This document shows, piece after piece, positions 31,730 through 46,626 of a stretch of DNA of 64,000 nt. Every line of letters begins with the position of its first letter. Position 1 is the stretch's first letter. The notes under the pieces were generated by a model that saw only the letters and a list, made by a program, of their open reading frames with translations, did not search any database and was not told the origin of the DNA. Position numbers and translations under genes: made by a program. This stretch comes from Takakia lepidozioides (lineage: Eukaryota > Plantae > Bryophyta), in the NCBI GenBank assembly GCA_030704615.1, contig CM060731.1, forward strand, positions 11,222,001-11,286,000. Reading direction: 5' to 3'.

Positions 31730-33338
31730 TGATATGAAGTTCAACAACGACGGGGTCCATGGATTGAAATCTCATGACTACCACAATTTATTGCAAGATA
31801 TCTTGCCCATTGCAATACATGAGACATTGACTCCTGAGGTTTGCGAGACAGTCTATAGATTAGGAGCCTTGTTCCGGTGGATTTGCTCCAAAGAGATGGA
31901 GGAAGCGGACTTTCCACGCATGAAGAAGGAGGCAGCGGTGATCATGTTTATGTTGGAGATGCACCTTCATCCTTCCTTCTTTGACATCTAATTGCACTTA
32001 GTGGAAGAGGCTTCAATTGCCGGCCCCGTTCATTCTCGGTGGATGTACTACCTTGAGCGATACATGAAGACTTTGAAAGCACATGTAAGACAAATGGCAC
32101 ATCCGAAGGGTAGCATGGCGGAGGGGTATATATTGCAAGATGTTATGTTCTACTGCATGGAGTACTTGGCAAGGGTGGATAAGGAAGCCACTCCGATGCG
32201 GAAGGAAGATGAGGATGTACAAACTAAGGACATCGTTTTGCCCAAAAATTCAAAGAGGGTAAAATTACCCATCATGGTAATTAACCAAGCGCATGAGTTC
32301 ATACTGAAGAACACCCCATCCATACGTGAGTGGGAGACAAGATACAATAACCTTGTTCAACAACGACAGGAGGAGACGGTTGCGTGGAGGCGGAACCATG
32401 CAAGGACGACTACACGCGCTCCGCGAGCAAGGGGTCGACATATGAATGTTTCTTCATAAGATTTGGAATTGCAGCCTCTAAGTTCATTCCGCCATTGGTT
32501 TCGGACTGAAGTTGAGGACACCATTGCAAAGGTGAGGTGGTTTCAGATTTGGTGCAAGACATTGCAAATGGCCCATCTCAATTTGCGACCTCTTACACGG
32601 CGGTTTGGGTTCATGGTCGTTATTTCCGCATTCGTGCTCTTGACATGAAGCGCAAAACAATGTTTGATTTTGGCTTGTGTGCCTCATATTGGCAAGACTC
32701 TGTGTGGGGCAGGAGAGATACACGACCTCCAAGAGCACACTCAACTACTTTGGAGAGCTTGAGAGCATATTCCAACTTCAGTATACAAGGCACCAGCCTC
32801 TTATCTTCAAGGGAAGGTGGTTCCAGCCACATCTTGTGGGGCCCTCCGCAACACTAGTAGAAGACGAGTGTGGTGTCATGCACGTCAATACAGTTAGTCT
32901 CTCATCGTCCCTCCGATGAGCCTTTTTCATGGCCTTCAGACATGGAGCAAGTTTTTTTCTCCGGATCAGGAAATTGGAAGGTGATTGTGCATGCTCATCC
33001 AAGATAAAGACGTATCTATCATGGTCGGGGATCTACATGGGGCGAGGCAAATGCGGAGACTAGTCATAATGACGTTGATATTGGCCGAGGTTGGATAGAG
33101 GGGGTACAAGAGAATGATGACGCCCCGGACAATATCCCGGACCCTATACGATGAGGCTCCATCAGATGTGGATGTTGGAGAAGAAGATGAAGACATGGTC
33201 ATTGAAACCGAGGTGGAAGATGATTCAGATGTGCTTTTTGGTGACCAGGCCATTTATGATAATGACTCTGATGAGCAAGAAGACTTGCAGTTTGATGAGG
33301 ACGAAGAAGCTCCGGATGATGATGTTCAAGTTGATTAG
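31730..33338 (+). pseudogene. CACTA/En-Spm transposase (TnpD/Tnp2) C-terminal remnant, DUF4218/DUF4216 region
   Basis: GLKSHDYHNLLQDILPIA..PSFFDI..HLVEE..GPVHSRWMYYLERYMKTLK..GSMAEGY, with stops and frameshifts; element ends not resolved. Confidence 0.88.
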
Positions 33339-34089
33339 ACACGTAATCAAAGCTACATAATAATTCTCGCATAGAACTGTACCCATCCATTCGATTGATT
33401 GTACATGTACATGCATGTAGCTTATTTTTATGATTGATCAATGAAAAATCCATGAAAAAGATCCTTTGGAGGTGTGGCGTTTTAGGAATGATTCTAGTGA
33501 AGTTGTGATTCAAAAAGTGACTCTAGGATTGTTGAGTTTTTGTACGAGGGCAAGAATGTTGGAAGATATGGTTCTTGTTCTACAAGTGTTGACCAAGACT
33601 TACCCCTGGAAACCCTTCAATCGATTTGATTACCATGATCTCGATGTAACAGAAAGAATCTTCAAAATTGGTGTAAAAGACAACAATGTTGCCAAAGCCA
33701 TTGCCAAAGCAATCTACCATCAACCCTCTAATCCCATGGCCCTTCCCTTTTCCTTTCCTAGTGCCCCCCCCCCTCTCCCTGCCCTTTGTCTTTAACAATA
33801 AGGCCGCCCGGATTGATCACGGTCTCCCACATGCAAGATAGACCTGTTATACTGTAGGACAGAAGGAGGACTAAAAAGATTTGCAACAATAGATCCATTC
33901 AGCTTGGCCTTTGCCATGACCTTTGCAAAGACATAGAAAAGACGATATTGTGATTCCCCGCCGTCGCAGACCTGTTGGGGCGTCGCAATACAGTCGCAAG
34001 GCGACCCCTGGAGGTGGCAACCCCCTGCTTTTACAATATCTATGATTGCGGATTTTTCCTATGTAATGATTTTTTCTTAGCTTTATTTT

Positions 34090-35490
34090 GTTCTGTGAAT
34101 GCAAACCCCACACCACTACATCCATGAAAAACATTGGACCAAACAAAAATGAGAAAAAAAACAAAGAGTTTCCTTCACTCACTATTGCGGAACTCTCTTT
34201 GGAGAGTGCATGAAGTTGAAAATAACTCAACTTGGGAGTGCAAATGAGGGACCAAATGATTTTTTTTCACTCCTAAATTTTGCACACGCTGTCATTAAGC
34301 ATATAGCTCGGGAACGGAATAAAACAAAATCATGTGCATGTGCAAAAAATCATCATCCCACCTAAGGGGATGAGGAGGAGGATGTAGCGGCGGCCGTCAA
34401 GTTTTGCTGGGATCGGCACCAATGGTGGTAGAAAGAACTATGGCCCTGTTATACGGCAGGAGAGAAGAAGCACTATAAAGATTGGAATAAGGGGATGAAT
34501 TGACCCTGGCCTCTGTCATGACCTTTGCAAAGAGACACTAAACAGGGCCTCTCTGCAACTTCTGGACGTCGCAGGCCAGTCGCACTACTGCTGACGGGCA
34601 ACTTCTAGCAGTCGCAACCCCCGCGAGGTGGCGGGCCCTTGCCACGTGGCGGCCAAGGGGGAAATGACATCCTTGCGACTCCCCAACGTCGCTGCCCTGG
34701 AGCGTCGCTAGGCAGCGTCGCTAGGCCGTCCTAGCGAAGACATGACATCGCAATACCCCGTCGAGCTGGGCGTCCAAGGGGAAATGGTGACGTTGCGACT
34801 CCCGGGCGTCGCTGGAATGTCGCAGTACCCTCTAGCCTGGGGGTCTAGAATTGGGGATTTCTGGTACGTAATGATTTTTGTTTTTATTTTATTTTATTTT
34901 TTTGTGAATTCAACCTTTGCACCACTATATCTGTGCAAAAATATTGGACCAAAAACAAAAAAAAAACAAAAAAATTCTTTGCTCATTTTTTTAGATTATC
35001 TATGAAGAGTGAAGTTGTAGAGAACTTAACTTTGGAGTACAAATGAAGAAAATATCCAGATGACTTTTGTTTACTCCCAATTTTTGTATGTACATTGCAT
35101 ATGCTGTCATTAAGTGGAATTAAAAAAAAATTGTGTGCAAACAAAACACAATATTTAGTCTTCACAACAAGTAGTTTCGTTGAAATCTCGAATGACCCAT
35201 TGACTGAACTTGGTTCAAGCTCATATTTGGTTTACATGTGCTTAAGTATGTTCAAATCACATATGCAAAGTTGCAAATGACGAGCATCAAGAAGAAATAT
35301 TCAACCCCGACGTTGTAAGCCCTGCATGAAGTTGAAGAAAACTCAACCTTGGAGAGCAAACGATGGAGGAAAATATGGTTTTGGATCCAGATGACTTTTT
35401 TTCACTACCAAATTTTGCACACACATTGCACACGCTGTCATTAAGCATATGACTTGAGAATGAGAAAAAAAAAGAATCATGTAAAACCAC
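34090..35490. repeat. Three dispersed copies of a ~150-250 bp AT-rich repeat
   Basis: TGAAGTTG...AAC(T/C)TTGGAG...CACT..AATTTT...GCTGTCATTAAG recurs near 34210, 35010 and 35330. Confidence 0.7.
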
Positions 35491-36230
35491 AGGTCTACTA
35501 GATCCTTCCAAACTTCAAGAGGATTGTCAGTTCAAAGCACACACCACTTCTGGGTGAGGATCATGTCATTCGGGATAAGACTCACCGAGGTTCTGTAGAA
35601 GTGATGTAATGTCAACGTTGTCTCCTCACAATGGATGCCTGCTATGAAAGGTGATTATGTCAAACAATTCCCACAAATGCAACGCCGTGCAACTGGAGCA
35701 AGTGATGCAAAATGGCACCAAGACTCTGCGCTATGTAATTCACATGGAGATGGAAATGTGAATGGGATATCCAGCAAATTACACCCATCATGTGCAAGTA
35801 AATGGAGCTGACAATTACTTAAATGCTCTCATTACAAACATGTACGTAAATATTTTTAGCTTATATTTATGACCAGCATAGTGTATCTACGTGGTTTTGT
35901 GGAGGAAAAGAATGTGAATTAAATATGATGCAAGAGAGGCCAATTTATATTTTACATTACATGAACATCACTAATCGCTTCGGTCGTTAATGTCATCCAT
36001 TGATTGTACTTCACCCAAGCCTGAGGTGGTCAAGAATTTTCAAACCCCAAAAAAACATCCAGGAAGGATACATAGGGATTAGACATCCACTCAGTTACGT
36101 TCTCGGTCATCGCATGGGAACAAAAAGGAGAAGTTGAAGACCATCATCAAATGGATGTTGCTAAAATGTAAAGCTCTCATGATTGCATTTCAGAAGACTT
36201 TATTTGGATAAAACCAAATTTCACTTACGA

Positions 36231-36872
36231 AATCCATTGATCCGGAGTGTTGAAAACTTGGAGTGAGGCCGCTTCTCTTGTCTTTCTTGCATCTCTAACA
36301 TGGGATATTCTAATGATAGTTTGGAACTGTTTGCAGTTGTGAGCATTGTTCAACCAACATTGTTCTCTCTTTTTGACGATCCTGGTTTAAATTAGTGCAA
36401 CGTAACCAACCTCTACATATTGAAATGTGCGTAATTTATGGCCCTTGGCTCGCTCGTGTCTATCCGTAGTGATTTATTTGTCTAGGGATGACCTGTTCTT
36501 CCGCTGCAACAAACTCGTTCACAAAATGTTCTTCTTTCGCTCCAATCCATTTTTCACTTAAAGAATCCATTGATCCGGAGTGTTGAAAATTTGGAGTGAG
36601 GCCGCTTATCTTGTCTTTCTTGCATCTCTAACACGGGATACTCTAATGATAGTTTGGAACTGTTCGCAGTTGTGAGCATTGTCCAACCAAAATTGTTGTC
36701 TCCATTTGATGATCATGGTTCAAAGTGCAATGTAACCAAACAACCTCTACATATTGAAATGTGCATAATTTATGGCCGTTGGCTCGCTTGTGTCTATCCA
36801 TAGTGATTTATTTGTCCAGGGACGACCTGTTCTTCCGTTGCAACAAACTCGCTCACAAAATGCTCTTCTTTC
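36231..36872. repeat. Tandem duplication of ~330 bp
   Basis: AATCCATTGATCCGGAGTGTTGAAAA... at ~36231 and ~36564, both ending in CACAAAATG.TCTTCTTTCGC. Confidence 0.9.
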
Positions 36873-38925
36873 GCAGCAACCACCGGTTATTTCACAAAAT
36901 GTTCTTCTTTCACTCTCTTTTGAGTACAACCTCAGCGTAATACAATTCAGTTGTCACAACAAGGCCAACAATATATACACAAGTGGCACCGCTAAGCCTA
37001 CTAAATGTAAATGGCTCCATTAACTAGAAGAGCCAAAGAATACCAACTACTCTACCAACTACTATGTAGTCAATAATTGTGCTCCTATAGAGTCGTGATC
37101 ATGTGGAGATCAATAAAGTTAGCTTAATTAGCCGGAAGGTGCTCCGGAAGGTGCGCCGGAAGGTATGATAATTCTAACACAAGACCACTCTTAATCCCTT
37201 TGTCCATGTTGTTAGACATGCCCATCTCCCCATTATGATCTACGAACCCTTGTGAATCATCTTTACCTCACTTTTCCCTTTTGTTGTTACCCTCAAGCAC
37301 ATTCTTTCCTCAAACAACCCATGTCTTGCTAGTCCTTGTAAGGATGTTTTTGTAGGTAGACTTGTTCGGCTGGCGGCAGTTCTTGAATAACGCACATTTT
37401 AACAATGATTGGATGCTCAGCAGCTGCGGGCATTCCGTAATATTAGTACACTCCCTTCTTAGTAGACTCGGTTAGGCACATATTTTATCAGTGCCTCCGC
37501 TCTGAACAATTTAACGGCCAATGATCGTGCCCAATCCCAAGTGATCAGATTCCCCTTGTCTTTGATACTTGCCTCAAACAGCGTCCTAGCCTCACCTTCG
37601 AGACGAAAACGAAAGCTTGCTTTTAGCGATCATGTCTCTCTGGGGCGCATTAATAGGTTCATTTCAACACTCATCGATCAAAGAAGTTCAAAAATACTTC
37701 AAAATCCTGCTTCATACTCTGGGAAGGCTGCTTGTGATTCTGTTTGGTGGACTCAGACTCAAACTACTCGCTGATGTCGGCTTAGAAACAGTTGCATGAG
37801 GACCGGACAATTGGATAGTGCATTCATTGCCTCACACAGGCCCTGCACATCGATTGCCTCGGCATTGCCTATAGGGGCTTCGGTCAAATCTGGCTCTTCC
37901 TGTGATGGCCTACCTACAATCACGGATGTCGTCTCCCGAGACAAGGACTCAAGACATAGATATAGGTACCACCTCCTCTTGTTCACTCCTTACTGTGGGC
38001 TCTGATTCAGTCTCAACATCTTCTAAGATTTTCAATGAATCTGGGTCCAGGCGAGACCACGTATTGACGGGCATTAATGCTCCCAGACTGACTCTCTCTA
38101 GGCAAGATTTACCTCCCCACGACAGGTTATAGCTGCAGTTCCCAATTCGCAACACAGTAGTAGCTGATGTAGCACTGCTTGTGTATATGATACACAGCTT
38201 CGCCCAAAAATGTGCCACAAGTTGGCATCCACTTTGAGCACACCACTGATCGTACCAATTTCTCCTTTGCGATCAAGGTATGCTCGGTAATCCACAAAGC
38301 GGTCTCCTAACCCTCTGCACTCTAAAGTTGGACCCCGGAAATACACCCTCTTTATACTTACCCACGGCCACCCCTGCTACCAGCTCTTCCCAACTTGAAT
38401 CAAGCATTATGTTGTGGCAGCTCCCATTCTGGGGACAAATTAGCTTAACCAAGGAGCTACCACCTTTGAGAAACCACATGCCTAGTGTGTCGGGTTTGTC
38501 AGAAAAAATTTAAAACTACCTAGTTCAGTAGCGATTTCACCCGCAATGGTGAATAGTGGTACACCCAAGTTAGCCCAACTCAGCCTCTCGCCTCTCAACA
38601 ACCTCTCCTTAGCCTCACACAAAGACAACTTGCTAGCAATCTCCAAGGACTTTATTCAACCCTCCATCTCCACCAATATTCCTGTTCCTACTGTAGATAC
38701 CACTCCTCTGCAGGTATTGTTACGTATGTGGGGGTATCTTGTAGATTTAGTGCTTAGCCAGCAATACGGAATCTATCGCCTAGGCCCAGGATCTGCAATC
38801 GTAATAACACTCGAGATCATTCACAACGTTCATCCATAATCCATTTGCAATCATCACAAGGACTCTGAACACCAAGGTACACAATTAAGCACACATACAA
38901 CAATTGCACCTAGTGATGCCTTACA

Positions 38926-41900
38926 CTACTCTGCTTGCGAAGAGATGTTAGATGGGATGTTTGACTTGAGTTCATTCACATATGCGTTTAAATTCCTGTT
39001 GGAGGATCCTCCATCGGCAAAGGCTGTCCATGCCGCGTCTCCCATAGCTTTCATCCTGCTTCTGATGACCAGTCCTTCATCCTCTCTCATCAGAACCCTC
39101 ACTGCCCTCTCAATTTCTGCCTTCTCATACAATCCACTCTCTCCCCGTTGCATCTCCATTCCCAGTTTCGCTGTATCCACAAGAAATCTGTAGCACATGA
39201 AAGTGTATCATCAAATCAGTCAAAAAGTACTTCAATGCAACACTGGGTTTCATAATTGACAAACGTCTACTCTCTTCACACTGTTAATTCTCCCCACTGG
39301 GAAATAGGGAATGTGCATTTACTCTGATGACATGAGTAGTTACTAAAAATGTGTTAAATAGCAAACACTCCAGCCAAAGGTTTGTTCCCCAATCATGTCA
39401 CAACACATCCCACCTACATTACCCCAGCAGCAAGTGAGTATGACTCAAACCCTCCCTTATTTCCCGTAGGGAAGAAGACAACCTCTCGAGTAAATCTGGT
39501 GCTGATTTCTGCTCACCCAAACCAATTTGAGTTCAAAATAAGCTATCAATAACACTACAGTTTGCTAGTAGGAATATGCTAGTACATAACAAAGGCAAAG
39601 ATAACCAACCATGCTTTCCATTCGGATAGACCATTTCAACAAAATGGACACCAACAACAAACCACCCTTAACCCCTGCCTTCGTGGGTTGACCAAAATCT
39701 TAGGGAGGTCAAGTTTTTGCCCCCTTCCTCTTGATCCACACAATGTCGGGGAATTCTGGATTACCTGTTTTCAACATGGAAGGCTACAAGTGGTAGGGGA
39801 AGCATTACAGACAACATTTTTTTTTTTTTTTTTGTTTTATTTTTTTGTTCCACTACAAGTTCCCCCCCATACCACAATTTTACCTAATATGCTATTCCCC
39901 GCCACCTCTCTCCACCTCTCGCTCGGAGGCGTTCATCCATAGGATCCAATTCTACTTTATTAATCCCACAGTAACAGGCCCTCTGGCTGTCCCTTGGATG
40001 CACTAGATTTCTCTTAATTTCTGTGTCTAGTCAGATTAAATTCTATAACTCGGAGGTAAATTTCCCCAAAGCAGTCTGACGGACAATCTGCCCCTATGTG
40101 TGCGGAGCCTGGCAGTCGTGTAACTGAAAGATTGGGGGTACCCTGAATGGTTTACCAATTCTCAAAGTTTACACAAGACGAGCAAAATCTACCCATGGGG
40201 TAACTGTTCCCCCCTTTGCAGAACAGTTTGCCGTCCAGGAGCAATCACAAGCTACCTAGACGACAAACAATTCACACGCAAAGGGCTGGCTTGCGGCTGG
40301 CCCTTTCAACTTCTCAGGGGTTGACCAACCAAAAGGAAACAACTTGAATTGGGGACAAGTTCTTCGACTAATGATATTCATATCTGTGCTGGGCAGAAAC
40401 ATGGGAACGTCGGATAAACTGGTTGGAGATGTCATTGGTTATAAAATGAGCAGGTAAGAATGTGTACTCTCAAGGCAGCCTCTTCCAAAAAACGCGGTCA
40501 GAAAGGGGTCGGATTCTTTGTCCGTGATTTCTTGTTTGACAATTGTGAAATTATCACAAGGGTTTGAGGTACGAGCATAGTATCTGGCTAAAACTGAATT
40601 TGAATGCGGCATGAGTACAAAGGACCTCTTTGTTGGTTGTGTGTTTATTCGGAAGTGGCGAATAGAAAAATTCCACAATGAGGAGGTCAAGGCTGAGTAC
40701 GTCCAGTCCTTGCAAGAGGCTCTCACCCTCATTTTGTCCAATCGCTCTCCAGAAACTTCAGTCACGCTCTTTTAACGCAAGAAATGAAGTCGAAAGAGCA
40801 GTGGACGCTTTGGAGAGTTTCGTTTCCTCCGTGCTGACAAGATCATTGGGAGGAAACTAATTGTCTGCGGTAGAGCAGTTAATTGGTGGACGGATTAAAC
40901 TCAAGATAAGTCTGAGAGACGAGCCCTCTATAAAGATTGCTGCAATTTGGAAACCAACAGAGAATTGTGGCGAGGTACTACCAGCTCCGTAAAGATAATC
41001 AATCAGCTTGTTTAGGTCTCAGAAGAAATTATACTGGGACAAGTTATACAGTTAAATAAACTCAAACCACCATGGTGGTAATGACAAGAAATTCTGGTTG
41101 GCCCTTCAACGTTTGTACAAGCTGGAAAACGGTCAGCAAGTACAAGCTAAAGGTGCAGTGGTGACTTCATCGGTTGACATTGTCAAAACCTTTGAAACTC
41201 ACTACAGTATCCTTGGCAGAACTTCTAGGTCTAACAGTGAGGGGTCTTCTGCTGAATGGAGGGACACAGTTGGAAAAACTGTTCCTATGATTCAAAACAG
41301 CCCTGATGATGGAGTATATTTCAATGGCTTATAATGCTCCCATTAGTTCTTCTGAGATTGTGGAAGCAATTGAACATTTAAATGGATATAAAGCTGGTGG
41401 ACCTGATGGTATTGTCAACGAGCTTATCAAGCACGGTGGCGATCCCATGATAGAGGCCCTAGTTCTCCTCTTTAACCTTATCTGGAAGACTGAAATGATC
41501 CCCTTTCGCTGGCGACAGGGGGTCATTGTCAATCTATACAAGAAGGGTGACAGAGAAGAACCGGGAACTACCGTGGCATCACGCTCCTCAATGCTGTTGG
41601 CAAGACATTCTGCAGAGTTATAAGTACTCGTCTCGAGGTTGATCTGGAGTCTATAGGTTGTTTCCACGAAGGCCAAGCTGGCTTTCGGCGAAACAGGGGC
41701 TGTGTGGATCATATCTTCACTCTAAGCCAGATTATCCAGGGAAGGAAAAAAGAAGGGAAACCCACTTATGTCTTTTTCCTGGATGTCAAAAAGGCTTATG
41801 ACACAGTGTGGAGAGATGGCCTATGGTTCCGCCTCTGGTCTTGTGGGATCAAGGGAAAGATGTGGAGAGTTGTCCACAACTTGTATGCTCACACCAAAAG

Positions 41901-44900
41901 CTGTGTCACTGTTAACGGACAGAAGTCCAACTTCTTTGACATAGACCAAGGTGTAGCTCAAGGATGTACTCTCTCCCCTCTGCTCTTCAATGTTTTCATC
42001 AATCAACTCCTCGAGGATGTGGAAAGTGAGGGATTTGGGTTAAGGGTGGGTGATACCACCATACCAGCCCTTATGTTTGCGGATGACTTCGCAGGCATAG
42101 GGGACTCCAACCAATCTCCAGGAGTTGATTGATTGCGTGAAGAGATACTTTGATCTTTGGGGGCTAGAGGCTAATGTCAGCAAATGTGCAGTGGTAGCAT
42201 TCAACGACAGAGGAGAGGGAGGAAGTGATCTTAAGTGGCAGTGGGGTAGCCAAGAGATCCCGGTCCTCCCTTCCTACACTTACCTGGGCGTTGAGTTCTC
42301 CTCCAATTGTAATTGGGATGCACATATCCGGAAAGTTGTTCAAACTGGCAAGGGCAAAGCTCTGGGGCTCACTAAATTTTTCCACTGCAGAGGGGTCAAC
42401 TCTGAGGTCAAGAAAACCATGCTTTGTCGCGTTATTAGACCTGCCTTGGAGTACGGATCTGCTATATGGGTTGATAACTCCAACCAGGCTAAGTCTCTAG
42501 AATCCATTCAAGTGGGGGTGCTTAAGGAGTGTATGTCAGCATGCTCCAAAACAGCCAATGTGGCTGTTCGGGGTGAGTTTGGCATTCCGTCCTTAAGCTC
42601 CCGACGAGATGAATTCAAGGTCAGATGGTGGGGTCAGCTGCAACATATGCCCAACACCAGATATCCTAAGTTAATCGACTCTATATCTTGGAAACAGGAC
42701 CGCCCTGTCAAACAGGCTAAGTCCTGGCAGAAGAGAGTAGAAGAGATCCTCAAGGACCTGGACCTGGATCCGCAAGTCTTGACCCTGCTGGATAAATCTG
42801 ACTTAGAGGCTGTAGTGTCCTCAGCCATGTCTGTTGCCATGAGATTGTCTGATGAAAATGAAGTTAGGCAGAAAACTTCCCTGAACTTGTTTCCAGTCTG
42901 TGACGTGGGGGAGGACATCTTGGATGACCTCAAGGGTCTACCCACTCTTGGCACTAGACTGAAATTTAAACTCAGGCAGGAAGCCTACCTTTGAACAGCA
43001 AACAGAAGCAGAGAGGAAAGGGAGAGTGCAATTGCCCGTTGTGTGGGCAATCTGAAGACAGTATTCATTTTCTGATACACTGTCCGGGGTTCTCTCACCA
43101 AAGAGACACTCTCTTCAAATCTATTAAGGGAATTGTGCCTGTACCCCTGTTTACCAACTTTGAAAGTCTCGAGGCTGAGCCAAAAGCCCAGGCCCTCCTG
43201 AGGCCTAGTTTTTGGGCAAATCACACACAGCAGATTGATGCTTGTGTGAAGGGATTTCTAGAGGATATCTGGAAAACCCGGATTAATTCTTTATATGGAG
43301 GTAAGTCTTACTACCAACGTCAGCCCCTGACAGAGGTAGGTTCTGTCCCTTTTGTTCCCGCTCAAACTGGGCGCGGGGTCAATGGCCACAAGGCTACGGC
43401 AAACAACGTCTTATGAGTACAATGTCTAGTCAGAGTGGAAGGTGATGTGCATTCCTCATTCTAGGTTACTGAAACAGACCAGAAGTTTTGAAGCTTTGGG
43501 CAAGAGGCACGTGAATCTAACCTGGCATTCATATGCTGCTCTGCCGCCAGTGGCCACGTGAGCAGTGGGACACCTGCACAGATACTTTCCAGTGTAGAAT
43601 TCCAGCCACAGTGTGTAAGGAAGCCACCAACGGCTGGGTGGCTAAGAATTTGCTGCTGGGGTGCCCAACCAGAGTAAATTAAACCGTGGTCCTTCACACG
43701 CTCCTCAAAACCTGGAGTGGAGGCCACTCACTCATGAGCTAACCCATGCCCTACTAAGAAACACTGCTACTGGCCACACAAATCCTGGCTAACTAACTGC
43801 CATGCACCAGAATATATGGTATAGTAAACTTTTTAAGTATTATATCCATCGGACCAACGATTTCGCTTCATGGTTGATAGTCGCCCTGTGTCGATGCAGA
43901 CTACACTAGTCATCACTGGCATCCTCAAAAGCAGCAGGAACTATTGTCATCCTTCCCCAAGAGGAGCACAGTCAATGTGTATACAATGACCAAGGGATTG
44001 TCCCACTCAGTACATCAATGGGAGCATTCCTTCAAATATAACCGGTACTAACATGTGAATGTTCTGTCCCTGTTTGTGACTTACGAGTTTGTCAGATGTA
44101 AAATCGTAAGTCATTGTCCAGGATTACGGCCCATTCTGACCTGGAGGGAGCAATTCAGAGACCGATGGCGGCAACTCTGAAGCCGAGGGGGGAGCTGCAT
44201 TGGGGGGCCGTAGGATCCACAAGAAAGGTTGCTCGCTAGCCTCAAGCCCCTGTGCCAGCTCAAGGATTTGTGGTCCTGTCAAAGCTCCTGGCTCACTTCC
44301 AAATGAAATGTACACAACTGAAGAATGAACCTGTGTGTTTAACCATAGCAAACATGGGTCACTCCGAGTTTCTTGTCCTTGTACAATGTCGAGATCGCAC
44401 TTTTTGTGGCTTTGGAAGGCTTGCCCTTCTGTCAGAAGCAACGGACCAATGGGCAAAACAGATCGAGCCTGCACATAGCACCTGCAACTCAGAACTAATA
44501 AACAAAGCAGCCTGTCCCCTAGGCTGGAGCATCCAACATGAGAAGAGCGTGAACCTTTTGTTCCACATGTACCAAGCAATGTGACAACTGAACATTATGA
44601 AATGCTTTTGTTCTTAACCAACACAATATGGTGTTGCTTTCAAACTTCTTGGAAGTGGTGATATTCGGTCATCTCTAGGCAGTCCTAACAATGTCAACTC
44701 AAGATTACTGAGAGGGTATCCAATTATTCCTGGCAATCTCTTTTGGAGAGACACCCCTGCATCTGAGAGCCTGCTGCCCGGCAGATAGACACCCTCACTG
44801 GTAGTTGGTCTAGTGTATCCAGGGAGTTTGGGAATATTTGATGCCTCTGAAACCGGCCACCAATGACCTCAACCATAAATCAATCCAGCTCGCAAGGGCG

Positions 44901-46626
44901 GCTTCAAATGCACTCATGATCAGCATTTCTGAATAAGGGGAGGGTTATATCAGTGCCCTCATTTTAACAGTTTTGTTTTTTTTAAAGAGTTGATCTTGGG
45001 ACCAAAATGTAATTTGTGTATGTGATGCCACGGCGCATTGCAGCTAAACCTGATTGGCCAATGTGGCAATGTTTGGCCACCCAAAAACTAGTTTTCTCAG
45101 GATGAACGCACGGTCCAATTCTCCCCTGATATCCACAGGTGAACAAAATTATTTTCTGAATGCAATCACAATCATGTGCAAGCAAGCAAGCAACAAACTT
45201 GACAAAAACTACAACCAAGGAAAGTGTCTGACCTTCACACTCGGTGTGCCAATGACTTGGGTCTGCAGGGCATCAAACACCCTACCTTCGAGCTCATGAA
45301 AAGTGTTGATTAGCAACACTGAAACCTGTGTGAGAGGTAAAAAATGGCGAAGACAATAGATGAACAAGGGGTCATCGTTCTCTGCATGCAAAGGCCTCGG
45401 AACATCCAGTGGGCTCAGTGGTGGCAGGCCAGGAATGCAAATGGGCGTGGACTGATTGCTGGGAGACAATAGGCCTTCATCTACGAGCCTTCTGAGCTGC
45501 CATCACATTCGCACTTATGTCATTTACTGAAAAGGAAAACGCTATATTCTGCATGATAAACATCAATATATACTCATACACTGCCCCTGACGAGCCTGTC
45601 TAAAGAGTTCCTAATAGCTACAGATGATGCCATGTTTACAATACTATGGCATGCCGACAGTACTCGGCAGAGTTCCTCCCTCTTTCAAGATCACTCTCTT
45701 TGCACCGTAAGCTGTTTGCTCTACCCGGGGACAATACGAGAGATTTGTTGGTCTGTTTCTTCTCTCTCCCTCCTCGTTAGCAATTCCCTTCGCAAGAAAA
45801 TGTCAAGTCTCTAGAAATTTGACTAGGATTTGCCCCTGTCCCGCTAAGTTTCGTTCTCCATGTCGAATTTCAGGTTTCTAGTATTGAACCGGTCATACTC
45901 AGAACAGTGTGAAAACATGGTAAGACCTGTTTCAGTGCCCGCCTTGCTATGGACGAGTAAAGCACCATTACTTCATCATGTTAAGGTTTCCTTCCTTTTG
46001 GCACAACGTCTGTCAAGTTGTCGTTCAGCTCTAGAGAGCAGATGTCTACTCCCCTGGATAATCTAGATCGAGATTGTTAGATTTTAGGAGAGCTAGAAGC
46101 GAATGCACACCTGGAACGCAAAGGATAGAAATGCGGCTCCCGAGGTCAATAGGACATGACTTTCGATGTCGAGCTTTTCCGCTACCTTTGAAGTCCAACC
46201 CAAAACGAACATATCTGACAGAATGCAGCAAGGCTTGCCACCTGGTGGTACTGATCCCTGATTTATCTTGCAGCTCGCTGTGGTGGTTTCCATCATATTC
46301 ACTAACAGAGCCTCCAGGAGCTTTGCCAGTGTTGCTTCCTCCACCTTCTTTTCTTCCAAAGCATTCGGATCGGCGGCCCTTTTTATGCCGTCTTGCAAGC
46401 TCACAAATCGCAGGTCTGGGCCGTCATATGTGGAGTCTGCAGTTCCATGGTTTTCCTGAATCATTTTTGCGATATGACTGTCAGTGCTCACGAAGGTGGT
46501 GGTAATTCCGGATTTGCACAGTAGCTTGGCATACTGTACGCAAGGAATAGAGTGTCCAGAGCCGGGGGTAGGGACTATGACTACATGTGGGCGGGACTTG
46601 CCATACGGGGCCGACGTATTGGCCAT
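38926..46626 (-). CDS. UDP-glycosyltransferase (family 1), 5 exons: 46626-46111, 45496-45233, 44468-44141, 43711-43522, 39187-38926 (519 aa)
   Basis: PHVVIVP..GH N-terminus, [12 protein letters not shown] box [48 protein letters not shown] tail. All introns are GT-AG and the exons sum to 1560 nt. Confidence 0.93.
40270..43420 (+). mobile_element. Decayed APE-RT LINE (RTE/RTE-X-like) in UGT intron 4, antisense to the gene
   Basis: APE remnants (KGVGFFVRD, internally deleted); [36 protein letters not shown]; C-terminal CPLC..HFLIHC; several frameshifts. The 5' boundary is uncertain. Confidence 0.9.

Noticed and set aside
37400-38860. Possible gag-like remnant on the - strand (FRLEGEARTLF)
   Set aside because: A single weak motif with many stops and no boundaries; not supportable as a feature.
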